Assembly: GCA_963746845.1 (NCBI GenBank) | Contig: CAVVCZ010000004.1 | Coordinates: 1,216,001 to 1,280,000 of the forward strand | DNA from: an uncultured Chloroflexia bacterium | GTDB lineage: Bacteria > Chloroflexota > Limnocylindria > Limnocylindrales > CSP1-4 | Reading direction: 5' to 3' | Length of the DNA stretch: 64,000 bases | In this document: piece by piece, positions 26,052 through 41,096 of the stretch | Numbering within the stretch: position 1 is the stretch's first letter | Layout: each line of letters opens with the position of its first letter | Program-made: the position numbers and the translations under genes | Notes under the pieces: generated by a model | Seen by the model: only the letters and a program-made list of their open reading frames with translations | Database searches by the model: none | Told to the model about the DNA's origin: nothing

Positions 26052-27506
26052 TTAGCATCGGGCCGACCCCACCGCCACGCGTCCGGACCGCTCCGGACCA
26101 CCCACGAGCGCCGCGTCGATGGCGTCGCGAGGGCTCGTCACGGCGATGACTTCCAGACCCGGGATGTCCGGAGGGGCGGTGCCGCGCGCGAGCCGTGGCA
26201 CGATCGCCCGACCGAACCCGAGACGGGCCGCCTCCCGCAGCCGGCGCTCCAGACCGACGACCGCCCGGAGCTCGCCGAGCAGGCCGACCTCGCCGATCGC
26301 GACGGTGCCGACCGCGACCGCCCGGTCCCGGAGCGACGACGCGAGGGCCAGCGCGAGCGGCAGGTCCAGCCCGGGCTCGTCGACGGTGAGGCCGCCCGCG
26401 AGATTGACGTAGACGTCGTGCGTCGCGAGCCCGATCCCGGCGCGCCGGCCGAGGACCGCGACGAGCAGCGCGACCCGGTTGGTGTCGACACCGCTGGCCG
26501 TCCGGCGCGGCGTCCCGCCCGGTCCGGCGGCGACGAGCGCCTGGACCTCGACCAGGAGCGGCCGGGACCCCTCCATGGTCGGTGCGACGACGCTGCCCGG
26601 CGCCGGCCCGTCGTGCTCGGCGAGGAACGCCCGGGCCGGATCGGCGACCTCGCGCAGGCCGCCATCGCCCATCTCGAACACGCCGACCTCGTCGGTCGAC
26701 CCGAACCGGTTCTTCGAGGCGCGGAGCAGCCGCACCGCGGCGTACCGCTCGCCGTCGAGGGTCAGGACCGCATCGACGAGGTGCTCGAGGGTCTTCGGGC
26801 CGGCGATCGAGCCGTCCTTGGTCACGTGGCCGACGAGGACGACCGCGATCCCGTTCGGCTTCGCGACCTCCATCAGCCGGAGCGCCGCGGCCCGGACCTG
26901 GCCGACGCTGCCGGCGGCGCCGTCCAGATCGTCGACGGTCGCGGTCTGGACCGAGTCGACGACGAGGAGCGCGGGCGCCGGCGACTCGAGCGCAATCTCG
27001 GCGATCCGGTCGATGGACGATTCGGCGGCGATCCGGATTCCGGCGGCCGCACCGTCCAGCAGCCCGAGGCGCTCGGCGCGGAGGCGGATCTGGGCCGCCG
27101 ACTCCTCGCCGGTCGCGTACAGGACGCGCTCGGGACCGACCGTTGCTGCGACACCGGCGGCGGCCTGGAGGAGGAGCGTCGACTTGCCGATCCCCGGCTC
27201 GCCGCCGACGAGGACGACCGAGCCCGGGACGAGCCCGCCGCCGAGGACGCGATCGAGCTCCGGCATGCCGATCGCCAGCCGCGCGTGCTCGGATGGGCCG
27301 ATGTCCGCGAGACGCGTCGTGATCGTCGCTCCGCCGAACCCGGGACCGGTCGCGGCCCGTGTCGCCCGCGCCTCGGTCCGAACCGCGGTCTCGACGAGGC
27401 TGTTCCACGCCTGGCAGGCGCGGCACTGGCCCTCCCAGCGAAGGAATGCCTCGCCGCACGACTGGCAGACGTAGCGCGTCTGGGCGCGACCGGCCGACTT
27501 GCTCAT
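26052..27506 (-). CDS. radA: DNA repair protein RadA/Sms
   Basis: C4 zinc finger, GEPGIGKSTLL, KNRFG, Lon-like C-terminal domain. Confidence 0.97.
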   Translation of the reverse strand: MSKSAGRAQTRYVCQSCGEAFLRWEGQCRACQAWNSLVETAVRTEARATRAATGPGFGGATITTRLADIGPSEHARLAIGMPELDRVLGGGLVPGSVVLVGGEPGIGKSTLLLQAAAGVAATVGPERVLYATGEESAAQIRLRAERLGLLDGAAAGIRIAAESSIDRIAEIALESPAPALLVVDSVQTATVDDLDGAAGSVGQVRAAALRLMEVAKPNGIAVVLVGHVTKDGSIAGPKTLEHLVDAVLTLDGERYAAVRLLRASKNRFGSTDEVGVFEMGDGGLREVADPARAFLAEHDGPAPGSVVAPTMEGSRPLLVEVQALVAAGPGGTPRRTASGVDTNRVALLVAVLGRRAGIGLATHDVYVNLAGGLTVDEPGLDLPLALALASSLRDRAVAVGTVAIGEVGLLGELRAVVGLERRLREAARLGFGRAIVPRLARGTAPPDIPGLEVIAVTSPRDAIDAALVGGPERSGRVAVGSARC

Positions 27507-27534
27507 CCCGGTCGCCGACTGGACCGGCGGGCGC

Positions 27535-30006
27535 TCAGGCCTCGACCGGCGTCAGCGGCTCGGCGGCGTGGATCTCGAGGCCGGCCTCCGGGTCGCGGTC
27601 GACGACGATCGTCGTGCCCGGCTCGTACTTGCCGAGCAGGAGGTGCTCGGCGAGGACGTCCTCGACCATGTTCTGGATGACCCGGCGGAGCGGCCGCGCG
27701 CCATAGGCGACGTCGTAGCCGAGCTTGATGATGTGCTCCTTCGCCGCCTGGGTGATCTCGAGGTTCATCTGCTGGGCACGGAGCTGGTCGTGGACCCGGG
27801 CGAGCATGAGATCGACGATCTGGGTGATCTCCTCGACCGTCAGCGACCGGAAGACCACCGTCGCATCGATCCGGTTCAGGAACTCCGGCCGGAAGTTGTT
27901 CTTCAGCTCGGCCGCGACCTTCTCCTTCATCACCTCGTAGGAGGCCTCGGCCTGCGTCTCCGCGCTCTCGCCACGGTTCCGGAATCCGAGCGTCGAGTTC
28001 GTCTGGAGCTGCTTGGCCCCGAGGTTCGAGGTCATGATGATGATGCAGTTCCGGAAGTCGACCCGACGGCCCTTGGCGTCGGACAGATGCCCATCCTCGA
28101 GGATCTGGAGGAGGATGTTGAACACTTCCGGATGGGCCTTCTCGACCTCGTCGAGGAGCACGACCGCGTAGCTCTTCCGGCGGACCGCCTCGGTCAGCTG
28201 GCCGCCCTCGTCGAACCCGACGTAGCCCGGAGGGGCCCCGACGAGCCGGCTCACGTTGTGGCGCTCCATGAACTCGCTCATGTCGATCTTGATGAGCGCG
28301 TCCTCGCTGCCGAACATGAACTCGGCGAGGGCCTTGGCGAGCTCGGTCTTCCCGACGCCGGTGGGGCCGAGGAAGATGAACGAGCCGATCGGGCGCTTGG
28401 GATCCTTCAGACCGGCCCGGGCGCGGCGGACGGCCTTCGAGATGACCTCGATCGCCTCCTGCTGGCCGATGACGCGGCTGTGAAGGGCCTCCTCCATGTG
28501 GAGCAGCCGCTCCGACTCCTCGGCGGCGATCCGGGTGACCGGGATTCCGGTCCACATCGCGACGACCTGGGCGATCTCCTCCTCGTCGACCGTCGGCTGG
28601 TCGCTCGAGACCTGGGACTGCCACTCGGCGCGGAGCTTGTCGACCGTCTCGCGGGCGGTCGCCTCCGCCTCGCGCAGGCGCGCCGCCTCTTCGTACTCCT
28701 GGTTGTTGATCGCCGCGTCCTTCTCCTTCGTGACGCGATCCAGCTCCTTCTGCCCCTCGCGCAGCGCGGGCGGGGCGGACGCGTGGCGGAGGCGAACGCG
28801 TGAGGCGGCCTCGTCGATCAGGTCGATGGCCTTGTCCGGCAGGTGGCGGTCCGTGATGTACCGGCTCGACAGGTCGGCGGCGGCCTTCACCGCGTCGTCC
28901 GTGATCGTGACCTTGTGGTGCTGCTCGTAGCGCTCACGGATGCCCATGAGGATGTCGACGGTCTGTTCGAGCGTCGGCTCCTCGACCATCACCGGCTGGA
29001 AGCGGCGCTCCAGGGCGGCGTCCCGCTCGATGTACTTGCGGTACTCGTCCAGCGTCGTGGCGCCGATGCACTGGAGCTCGCCGCGCGACAGCGGCGGCTT
29101 GAGGATGTTGGCCGCGTCGATCGCGCCCTCGGCGGCGCCGGCCCCGACGAGCGTGTGGAGCTCGTCGATGAACAGGACCGCGTCGTTCGTGTTGCGCAGC
29201 TCCTCGATGATCTTCTTGAGCCGCTCCTCGAACTCGCCCCGGTATTTCGTGCCGGCGACGAGCGAGCCGATGTCCAGGGTCAGGACCCGCTTGTTCAGCA
29301 GGGTCTCGGGGACGTCGCCGGCGACGATCCGATGGGCGAGGCCCTCGGCGATCGCGGTCTTGCCGACGCCGGGCTCGCCGATCAGCGCCGGATTGTTCTT
29401 CTGGCGCCGCGACAGGATCTGGATGACCCGCTCGATCTCCTTGTCCCGGCCGATGACGGGATCGAGCTTTCCGGACCGGGCGAGCTCCGTGAGGTTGATC
29501 CCGAGCTGGTCGACGGTCGGGGTCTTGCTGGCGCGCTTCGTCTCCTGGGCCGGGCCGGCGGACGAGCTCTGCGACAGGACCCGGATGACCTCGTGGCGGA
29601 CCTTGTCCAGGTTCACGCCGAGGGACTCGAGGACGCCCGCGGCGATCCCCTCCCCTTCGCGGACGAGGCCGAGCAGCAGGTGCTCCGTGCCGATGTAGTT
29701 GTGGCCGAGCCGCCGGGCCTCGTCGATCGCGAGCTCGATCACCCGCTTGGCCCGCGGCGTCAGGCCGACCTCGCCGACGACCGGCCGGTCGCCGCGCCCG
29801 ATGATGAACTCGACCGCGGTCCGGACCTTGGCGAGCTCGACGTTCATGTTCTCGAGGACGCGCGCCGCGACACCCTCGCCCTCGCGGACGAGGCCGAGCA
29901 GCAGGTGCTCGGTGCCGATGTAGTTGTGGTTGAACCGCTGCGCCTCGTCCTGCGCCAGGGTCAGGACCTTGCGCGCGCGATCCGTGAACTTGTCGAAGCG
30001 GTCCAT
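27535..30006 (-). CDS. clpC: ATP-dependent Clp protease ATP-binding subunit ClpC
   Basis: Two Clp-N repeats, GEPGVGKT and GPTGVGKT Walker A motifs, UVR domain, LGF loop. Confidence 0.97.
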   Translation of the reverse strand: MDRFDKFTDRARKVLTLAQDEAQRFNHNYIGTEHLLLGLVREGEGVAARVLENMNVELAKVRTAVEFIIGRGDRPVVGEVGLTPRAKRVIELAIDEARRLGHNYIGTEHLLLGLVREGEGIAAGVLESLGVNLDKVRHEVIRVLSQSSSAGPAQETKRASKTPTVDQLGINLTELARSGKLDPVIGRDKEIERVIQILSRRQKNNPALIGEPGVGKTAIAEGLAHRIVAGDVPETLLNKRVLTLDIGSLVAGTKYRGEFEERLKKIIEELRNTNDAVLFIDELHTLVGAGAAEGAIDAANILKPPLSRGELQCIGATTLDEYRKYIERDAALERRFQPVMVEEPTLEQTVDILMGIRERYEQHHKVTITDDAVKAAADLSSRYITDRHLPDKAIDLIDEAASRVRLRHASAPPALREGQKELDRVTKEKDAAINNQEYEEAARLREAEATARETVDKLRAEWQSQVSSDQPTVDEEEIAQVVAMWTGIPVTRIAAEESERLLHMEEALHSRVIGQQEAIEVISKAVRRARAGLKDPKRPIGSFIFLGPTGVGKTELAKALAEFMFGSEDALIKIDMSEFMERHNVSRLVGAPPGYVGFDEGGQLTEAVRRKSYAVVLLDEVEKAHPEVFNILLQILEDGHLSDAKGRRVDFRNCIIIMTSNLGAKQLQTNSTLGFRNRGESAETQAEASYEVMKEKVAAELKNNFRPEFLNRIDATVVFRSLTVEEITQIVDLMLARVHDQLRAQQMNLEITQAAKEHIIKLGYDVAYGARPLRRVIQNMVEDVLAEHLLLGKYEPGTTIVVDRDPEAGLEIHAAEPLTPVEA

Positions 30007-30212
30007 CGAGTCGAACGTCTGTTTCCCTGTGAGCGTCCGAACGGACGCCTTTGGCCATGCTAGCACGGAGCCCTGACCCCACAACCAACCGATGGAGCCA
30101 CCCCATCTGGGTGGTCCGGTGTGGTCGGGTCGCCCGATCCCGTGGCCGGATCATCCACGAGACGCCGCAGGCTTGCGTCGGGATCCGGTCATCGACATCC
30201 GTGAAGGAATCG

Positions 30213-30241
30213 AAACGACCCGCCGGGATCCGGCGGGTCGT
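30213..30241 (-). terminator. Putative intrinsic terminator after rpsA
   Basis: ACGACCCGCCGG-ATC-CCGGCGGGTCGT-TT hairpin with short U tail. Confidence 0.55.
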
Positions 30242-30269
30242 CGGGAGATCGCGTGTGCGCGACGGGTCG

Positions 30270-32624
30270 TCAGCCTTCGGGCTCGTCGTCCTTCGCGTCC
30301 CTGGCCGTCTTGGCGTCCCTGGCCTCGTCGGCGGATCCGCCCTTCGGGGCCTTGGCGCTCTTCGTCTCGGGCTCCTCGACCTTGGCATCCTCGACCGTGG
30401 CGTCGGCCTCGGTCGCGTCCGCCTCGACGGCACCTGCGTCCTCGAAGAGGGCGGTCTCGAGCGTCGCCTCGTCCTCGGCCACGTCTTCGACGATCTCGGC
30501 GATCGCATCGGCCGCGACGGCCTCCTCGGCCTCCTCGGCCGCGGCGACTTCCTCCACGATGTCCACGACCTCGGCCTCGGCAGCCGGGGCGTTGTCGTCG
30601 TTGGCGGCTGCAGCGTCGACGAGCTGGTCGATCTGCCCGGCGGCCTCGGCCTCCATCTCGGTCTCGTCGGCGGCCACCGCCTCGACGATCTCGTCGATCG
30701 CCTCGGCTGCCGCGGTCTCCTCGACCCCCTCGGCCGCAACGACCTCGTCGACATCGCTCGAGAGGCGCGCCTCCTCCGACGCGGCGAGCTGGTCGCGAAC
30801 CTGGGCGAATGCCGCCGCGAGCGTGTTGTCGATGCCGCCCTCGGGCTCCTGGACGGCGTCGCTCGCCGACCAGCCCCGATCGGGACGTGGGCGTCGCTCG
30901 CCGCGCGGTGCGGCGGCCGCGGGTGCCCCCGCCTCCGGTGCCGGTCGAGCCGGCGGCTCCTCCGCCTGCTTGAGGCTGAGGCCCAGGCGATGCCGCTCGG
31001 AGTCGAGCGAGATGATCTTCAGCTTGAGCGTCTGACCCTCGTGGACGACGTCGCCCGGATGGGCGACGCGCTGATGGGACAGCTCGCTGATGTGGATCAG
31101 GCCCTCGAGCCCGTCGCGCACGCGGACGAAGGCGCCGAAGTTGACGAGCTTGGTGACGGTGCCATCGATGATGTCGCCGACCTTGAAGTCGGCCACCGTC
31201 GAGTGCCACGGGTCCGGCTGCAGGCGACGGATCGACAGGCTGATCCGTCCGCGCTCGTGGTTGATGTCGATGACCTCGGCCTCGACCTCGTCACCGACCT
31301 TGTAGCCGGCCTCGGGGTTGTTGACCTTGTTCCACGACAGCTCGCTCTTGTGGACGAGGCCGTCGATCCCGCCGAGGTCGATGAAGACGCCGAACGGGGC
31401 GATCGAGCGGACGGTGCCGGTGACCTTCTGGCCGACCTGCAGGCTGCTGAACAGCTCGTCCCGCTTCTCGCGCCGCTCCTCGTAGAGGGCGACCTTCTCC
31501 GAGAGGATCAGGCGGTTCGCCTTGCGGTTGACCTCGAGGATCTTCAGGCGAAGCTTGCGGCCGACGAACGGCATCAGCTTCTCCGCGATCTCCTGGGCGG
31601 CGTCGCGCGGCTGGTCGTTCTGCGGCCGGCGCGGGAAGTCGACGATCTGGCTGATCGGCACGAAGCCACGGATGCCGCAGTCGACGATGAGCCCGCCCTT
31701 GTTGTGGTCGATGACGGGCGCCTCGATGATCACGCCCGCCTCGAACTGCTCCTGCATCGCGCGCCACTTGCGCTCGAGGCCCGCCCGGCGCAGCGACAGG
31801 ACCGCGTGGCCCTCCTGCGATTCCGGCTGGAGGACATAGACGAGGACGGTGTCACCGATCGCCAGCTGAGGCTGGGACTCGGCATGGCGTCCGTAGAGCT
31901 CGCGATTGCTGACGACGCCCTCGGACTTCGCGCCGATGTCGACGAGGATCTCGTCCTTGTCGATCCGGACCACGGTGCCCTCGACGACGTCGCCGTGCTT
32001 GAAGCTCTTGATGTCCGAGTCCTGCTCGGCGAGGAGCTCCTCCATGGTCGTCGGCTCGGGCCCCAGGTCGCGCGGCGCGGGGGCGGGGGTCTCGTCCTCG
32101 TCGGCCGCGGACGGCGCATCGAGGGTGTCCTCGGCGCTCAGGCCGGGGTCCGTCGTGACGTCGGCTGCCGCCGGGGCGGCCGCCCCGGCGTCGGCGGCGA
32201 CGGGCTCGGCAGCGGCCTCCGGCTCGGCGACAGACGCAGTCTCCGGCTCCGGCTCGGCGACAGGGGCGGTCTCGGGGTCCGGCTCCGAGACAGGCGCGGT
32301 CTCGGGCTCGGCGGCGGCCACGGGCTCCGGCTCGGCGACAGGCGCGGCCTCGGGCTCAGCGGCGGCCACGGGCTCCGGCTCGGCGACGACGGGAGCGGCC
32401 TCGTCGGCGGTGACCGCTGCAGCCTCGACCTCGCCTGCGGCGGGTTCGGCGCTCTCGGCGGCGGCCTCGGCCCCCACCTCGACGGCCGGGGTGTCCTCGG
32501 TCGCCACGGAGGCGACGGGCTCATCGGCGACGGCGGTCGCGGCGGCGGCTCGGTCGGGGTTCTGGTCCACGCCCGCGGCGCTTGCCTCGGCCTGGACGGC
32601 CCCGTCCTTCAGTTCATCGGTCAA
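30270..32624 (-). CDS. rpsA: 30S ribosomal protein S1 (4 S1 domains) with long acidic N- and C-terminal extensions
   Basis: VDIGAKSEG, NKGGLIVD...RGFVP, FGVFIDLGGIDGLVHKSEL, FGAFV...EGLIHISEL; TTG start inferred from the AGGAG SD. Confidence 0.9.
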   Translation of the reverse strand: MTDELKDGAVQAEASAAGVDQNPDRAAAATAVADEPVASVATEDTPAVEVGAEAAAESAEPAAGEVEAAAVTADEAAPVVAEPEPVAAAEPEAAPVAEPEPVAAAEPETAPVSEPDPETAPVAEPEPETASVAEPEAAAEPVAADAGAAAPAAADVTTDPGLSAEDTLDAPSAADEDETPAPAPRDLGPEPTTMEELLAEQDSDIKSFKHGDVVEGTVVRIDKDEILVDIGAKSEGVVSNRELYGRHAESQPQLAIGDTVLVYVLQPESQEGHAVLSLRRAGLERKWRAMQEQFEAGVIIEAPVIDHNKGGLIVDCGIRGFVPISQIVDFPRRPQNDQPRDAAQEIAEKLMPFVGRKLRLKILEVNRKANRLILSEKVALYEERREKRDELFSSLQVGQKVTGTVRSIAPFGVFIDLGGIDGLVHKSELSWNKVNNPEAGYKVGDEVEAEVIDINHERGRISLSIRRLQPDPWHSTVADFKVGDIIDGTVTKLVNFGAFVRVRDGLEGLIHISELSHQRVAHPGDVVHEGQTLKLKIISLDSERHRLGLSLKQAEEPPARPAPEAGAPAAAAPRGERRPRPDRGWSASDAVQEPEGGIDNTLAAAFAQVRDQLAASEEARLSSDVDEVVAAEGVEETAAAEAIDEIVEAVAADETEMEAEAAGQIDQLVDAAAANDDNAPAAEAEVVDIVEEVAAAEEAEEAVAADAIAEIVEDVAEDEATLETALFEDAGAVEADATEADATVEDAKVEEPETKSAKAPKGGSADEARDAKTARDAKDDEPEG
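32215..32390 (-). repeat. Imperfect tandem repeats encoding (V/A)AEPEP/T units in the S1 N-terminus
   Basis: Recurring ggctccggctcggcgaca-type units. Confidence 0.8.
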
Positions 32625-32838
32625 CGGTTCGAACGCTCCTGTCGGTGAAGTCCCCGGACACGACGACGGCCCGGGCAACGCCCGAGCCGGTTCCGAGACG
32701 ATCAGAGGTGGTCCGTGGAGGATGGGCCGCGGTCCGCTCCCTTCGTTGCGAAGCAGGCTTGGGACGTCGTCTTCAGCTGTCGCCCGCTAGGGCCGGGAGA
32801 GTCTAGCACGGGGTTTCCACCGCTACAATCGGCCGACC

Positions 32839-33711
32839 GTGCCGGAATTGCCCGACCTGGCGGTCGTCGCCGACGCCTTCCACGCCGCCCTCGCGGGTCG
32901 CCGGATCACCTCCGTCACGGCACCGGGACCGCTCGCGATCCGCGGCACGCCCGCCGAGATGGGGGCGCTCGTCGGTCAGGAGATGGTGGAGCTCAGGCGC
33001 CGCGGGAAATTCCTGATCGCGCGCCTGGACCGGGACCGGATCGTGTTCAGCCCGATGCTGACCGGTCGCTTCCAGCTCGCGCCTCCGGGCACGCCGTTGC
33101 CGTCCAGGACCGCGGTGGTCCTGGCATTCGGTCCGCGCGCACGCGGGCCGCGCGACGCCGCGCGATGGACGCGGAAGGCGGCGTGGCTCCCCGCGGACGA
33201 CGCACCGACGGAGATCCGCTACCGCGACCCGACCCAGATGGGAAAGGTCTACGTCCTGCCCGAAGGCGTGAGCCGACCCGTGGCGGGGTTCGACGACGAT
33301 CTCGGGCCCGATGCCGATGACCCCGCGCTGACTCTCGACGTCTGGCGCGGGCGGATCCGGCGGCACCCGGGCGAGCTGAAGAACCTGCTGAAGAACCAGG
33401 CCTTCGTGGCGGGCATCGGCAATGCCTACAGCGACGAGATCCTGCATGCCGCCCGGCTTCTGCCCTTCCGGAAGCGTTCAAGCCTCGGGAACGACGAGGT
33501 CGACGCCCTGTACGCGGCGACGGTCGCGACGCTCTCGACCGCGATCGAGGAGCTGCGAGCCCGCGTCCCGCCGACGTTCGAGAAGCAGGCACGCGACTGG
33601 CTCGCCGTCCACGACAAGGGCGGCCAGCCGTGCCCGCGTTGCGGGACGAAGATCAGCGAGGTCAAGCCCGGCGGTTTCGTGACGTCCTTCTGTCGCGGCT
33701 GCCAGCGCTGA
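32839..33711 (+). CDS. Fpg/Nei family DNA glycosylase/AP lyase
   Basis: N-terminal PELP, RRGKFL, H2TH motif GIGNAYSDEIL, CPRC...CRGCQ zinc finger. Confidence 0.9.
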   Translation: MPELPDLAVVADAFHAALAGRRITSVTAPGPLAIRGTPAEMGALVGQEMVELRRRGKFLIARLDRDRIVFSPMLTGRFQLAPPGTPLPSRTAVVLAFGPRARGPRDAARWTRKAAWLPADDAPTEIRYRDPTQMGKVYVLPEGVSRPVAGFDDDLGPDADDPALTLDVWRGRIRRHPGELKNLLKNQAFVAGIGNAYSDEILHAARLLPFRKRSSLGNDEVDALYAATVATLSTAIEELRARVPPTFEKQARDWLAVHDKGGQPCPRCGTKISEVKPGGFVTSFCRGCQR

Positions 33712-33715
33712 GCGA

Positions 33716-34519
33716 TCAGGGGATCTTCAGGACCTGGCCGGTGTGGAGCGTCGACGACGTCAGGCCGTTGAGCTTCCGGATCGCCGACGCGGTCGTCTTG
33801 AACTTCGCCGCGACGCCGATCAGCGTGTCGCCCTTCTTGACGGTGTAGGTCGTCCGGAACGACGGCGACGGGCCCCCGGACGGCGCAGCCGACCCCGTCC
33901 CGGACGCCGACGGCTCGACGACCAACGTCGGCGACGGCGTGGGCGCGAGCAGGGACGGCGCGGCGGCCACGAACGACGGATTTGCGGACGGCGCCGGCTC
34001 GCCGCCACCGGACAGCCGGCTCAGGGCCACGATCGCGAACGCGACGACCATCAGCGCCACCAGCGCGACCTGGCCCGGGGCGCGGTCGAGCTGGAGCCGT
34101 GCCGCCTGGTCGATGAGGCGTGGCGGCTCGAGGAGGACGGGCGTCGTCCTCGGCAACGGACGACGGGACTCGTCGGCGGCCGCAACGCGTGCCGGGTCCG
34201 CGCCGGCGGCGAGGGCCGTCTGCCGCGCGGCCCCCGCGGCGGCGAAGATCGTGCAGTCCACGTGCGCGGCGACGAGGCAGTGCTGTCGCTGCTTGACGGT
34301 GGTCTGCGCGGTCGGCGGCGTGAGCGCGAGGCAGCGGTGATTGCGCGACGGGCTCGCCGATCGCCAGGCGCCGGCCGAGCTCGACAGGTACGGGCAGATC
34401 GCGGTCGCGATCTCGCGGGCCGTGGCCGGTTGGACGCGTTCGGTCGGCGAAGGTCCAGCGACAGGCAGCGCGTCGGGGGCCGGGACGGTCGGATCGGGGG
34501 CTCCGACGGGGGCGGTCAT
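33716..34519 (-). CDS. Membrane-anchored LysM protein with N-terminal Cys-rich motif
   Basis: CPYL...HRC...HC...DC, one TM helix, Pro/Ser/Thr linker, C-terminal YTVKKGDTL...NGL...GQVLKIP. Confidence 0.85.
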   Translation of the reverse strand: MTAPVGAPDPTVPAPDALPVAGPSPTERVQPATAREIATAICPYLSSSAGAWRSASPSRNHRCLALTPPTAQTTVKQRQHCLVAAHVDCTIFAAAGAARQTALAAGADPARVAAADESRRPLPRTTPVLLEPPRLIDQAARLQLDRAPGQVALVALMVVAFAIVALSRLSGGGEPAPSANPSFVAAAPSLLAPTPSPTLVVEPSASGTGSAAPSGGPSPSFRTTYTVKKGDTLIGVAAKFKTTASAIRKLNGLTSSTLHTGQVLKIP

Positions 34520-34599
34520 CGCCGCCAAGGATACCGGTCGTCGCGGACCGGCCCCGAGGGGTCCCCGGCGCTCGTGCGAACGCTCCGGGAACGCAAAAA

Positions 34600-34717
34600 T
34601 CCTGGCGACGACCTATTTTCCCGAAAGGCTGCCCTCTCAGTATCTTCGGCGCTGGAGAGCTTGACTTCCGTGTTCGGGATGGGAACGGGTATGGCCTCTC
34701 CGCCAGTGTCACCAGGA
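34600..34717 (-). rRNA. rrf: 5S rRNA
   Basis: CCCGTTCCCATCCCGAACACGGAAGTCAAG core; terminal stem TCCTGG/CCAGGA; ends approximate. Confidence 0.96.
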
Positions 34718-34863
34718 TTTATTGCGTCTGGATGGTTGTTCGGCTGCGTCCTGCGCGGCCATGGAGGCCGGCGCGGGCGCCGTCTGGTTCGATCTTCGAT
34801 CTCGGAGTCGTGTCATGGATCGATCACGATTCCCAGCCACTGACCCCAGGTCAGTTGCTGTAG

Positions 34864-37933
<3,070 letters not shown>

Positions 37934-38040
37934 CCTCCCAGCATCTGACCTGGCGGCCAGTCGCGGGCGGGATCGATCGGGATCGTATCCTTGACTAACT
38001 CGGCGAAATCGAAGATCGATTTACTGCCGAACAACTCTTC

Positions 38041-38056
38041 CAGTTGTAAAGGTGCT
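38041..38056 (-). promoter_or_regulatory. boxA-like antitermination/processing site before 23S
   Basis: AGCACCTTTACAACTG, nearly identical to the leader copy at 40333-40350. Confidence 0.65.
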
Positions 38057-38320
38057 GCCCGCCGAGGCGGGCGTCCCGGTCCGTTGCCGGCCCGGTGGTC
38101 CAGCGGTCCGCTGGTCGGTGAGCTCCTCGCGGAGGTCACGGATCAGGTGATCGATGGTGGTGGACACACGAAGACGGCTCGAGGACCTGCCTCGGAGCCG
38201 TCCTGGAACAGCGCCTTGGGTGTCGGTCGTCCCGGGGTCCACCCGGTGTCTTTGGTTATTGGATTGGTGCGGCCTTGCGCAGGATCGGATCCTCCGCTGT
38301 GGTGCCCGACGGACTGCAGA

Positions 38321-38396
38321 TGGTGGAGACGAGGAGACTCGAACTCCTGACCCTCTCCTTGCAAAGGAGATGCTCTGCCAACTGAGCTACGTCCCC
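38321..38396 (-). tRNA. tRNA-Ala(TGC)
   Basis: Cloverleaf in the 16S-23S spacer; G3:U70; CCA end. Confidence 0.97.
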
Positions 38397-38413
38397 TCGG
38401 ACTCAAGGAAGCG

Positions 38414-38490
38414 TGGTGGGCGTTTCTGGACTCGAACCAGAGACCTCTGCCTTATCAGGGCAGTGCTCTAACCAGCTGAGCTAAACGCCC
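38414..38490 (-). tRNA. tRNA-Ile(GAT)
   Basis: Cloverleaf in the 16S-23S spacer; loop CT-GAT-AA. Confidence 0.97.
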
Positions 38491-38752
38491 GCCGGGGCCG
38501 TGCCGACCGTTAGCGGTCGACGTTTCGATCGCCGCCGGCTGGCTGCACCCTTGACCGTTGAAGAGTGACAGGAACGTCCGTTCCGGATGAACAAATGGGT
38601 TTCGGTGTTGTTGCCAGGTCGCGATCGGTCTCCCCGAGGTCCTTGCGGACGCTCGAGCGTCGCCCACCTGACGGGGCGACCGATGACCGTGCGATCAACC
38701 TGGGAGCCTTCAACGCCCCGACCCCACCGAAGAGTCGGGACTCGGATCTCCC

Positions 38753-40253
<1,501 letters not shown>

Positions 40254-40318
40254 AGATACGCGCAGCTTGCGCTGCGACTTCATCCGAGGGTCTGACCACT
40301 CGCACATCCATCACGGAT

Positions 40319-40350
40319 TTCCTGTCACTCTTCAGTTGTCAAGGTGCAGC
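40319..40350 (-). promoter_or_regulatory. rRNA leader boxA and 16S processing stem
   Basis: GCTGCACCTTGACAACTGAAGAGTGACAGGAA is complementary to the post-16S segment at about 38542-38574. Confidence 0.75.
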
Positions 40351-40385
40351 GTCCGGGGCATGACAGGCCGCGGCGCAGACCCACA

Positions 40386-40414
40386 ATGATGGGGCGTCGC
40401 CGCCGCAGTGTCAA
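40386..40414 (-). promoter_or_regulatory. rRNA promoter P2
   Basis: TTGACA, 17 nt, CATCAT. Confidence 0.65.
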
Positions 40415-40483
40415 ACCCGGCGACCCTCCGGAACCGGCTGTCGGCCCGGCGTTCCGCACCCGGTCGGGGCGGCACGGTCGCGA

Positions 40484-40513
40484 ATGGTAGGGTCGCGCCG
40501 GCGAGCGTGTCAA
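40484..40513 (-). promoter_or_regulatory. rRNA promoter P1
   Basis: TTGACA, 18 nt, TACCAT; the -35 overlaps the stop codon of the upstream VOC gene. Confidence 0.7.
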
Positions 40514-40902
40514 ACGCCTCGAAGGTCCCCCCTGCCACCCGCCTTGCGGGCCAGGTCGATGACGCAGAACCGGTTGCCTTCCGGGTCGGCCAGGATCACG
40601 TAATCCGCGTCGGGCGGCCGCCGGTCCCAGTGGACCTCGGTGGCGCCCAGGCCGACCAGACGAGCGACCTCGGCGGCCTGGTCCTCGGCGTAGAGGTCGA
40701 GGTGGATCCGGGGTGGGACCTGGAAGGTGGAGCGCACCCGATCGAGGGAGATGTTCGGGCCGACGCCGTCCTTCGGCCGGAGAAGGATGAACGTGTCGTC
40801 GTCCCACGTGCCCCGGCGGACATAGCCAAGGGCCGCCTCCCAGAACCTGGCCTGGCGCTCGAGGTCGTCGACGCGGATGACGATCGAGCCGACGCGGAGC
40901 AC
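40510..40902 (-). CDS. VOC/glyoxalase family protein
   Basis: FWEAALG...RIHLDL...LVGLGA...LADPEGNRFCV. Confidence 0.85.
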   Translation of the reverse strand: MLRVGSIVIRVDDLERQARFWEAALGYVRRGTWDDDTFILLRPKDGVGPNISLDRVRSTFQVPPRIHLDLYAEDQAAEVARLVGLGATEVHWDRRPPDADYVILADPEGNRFCVIDLARKAGGRGDLRGV

Positions 40903-40903
40903 G

Positions 40904-41089
40904 TCAGATCGGGCTGCTCTCGACGAGCAGGATGAAGGCGGCGCCGCTGAGCCAGCACAGGAGGGCGAGCTCCGGGCTCGCCGTGGCGCCGAACCCGAGC
41001 ACGAACACGAACCAGAACAGGATCCCGACGAACAGCGCGGCGGCCGCCTTCAGGAGCCGGAGGAGCACCTCGAACAGCAGGTTCGACAT
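40904..41089 (-). CDS. Small two-TM membrane protein (61 aa)
   Basis: GAGGT SD, two hydrophobic helices, fills the gap between recR and the VOC gene exactly. Confidence 0.65.
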   Translation of the reverse strand: MSNLLFEVLLRLLKAAAALFVGILFWFVFVLGFGATASPELALLCWLSGAAFILLVESSPI

Positions 41090-41096
41090 CGGGACC

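Noticed and set aside
30007-30130. CIRCE or CtsR operator upstream of clpC
   Set aside because: TAGCAC is present but the required inverted or direct repeat partner is not; ctsR/mcsAB are absent here.
20425-32390. Tandem repeats in rlmB and rpsA as a possible CRISPR array
   Set aside because: They are in-frame coding repeats with no unique spacers, and no cas genes are present.
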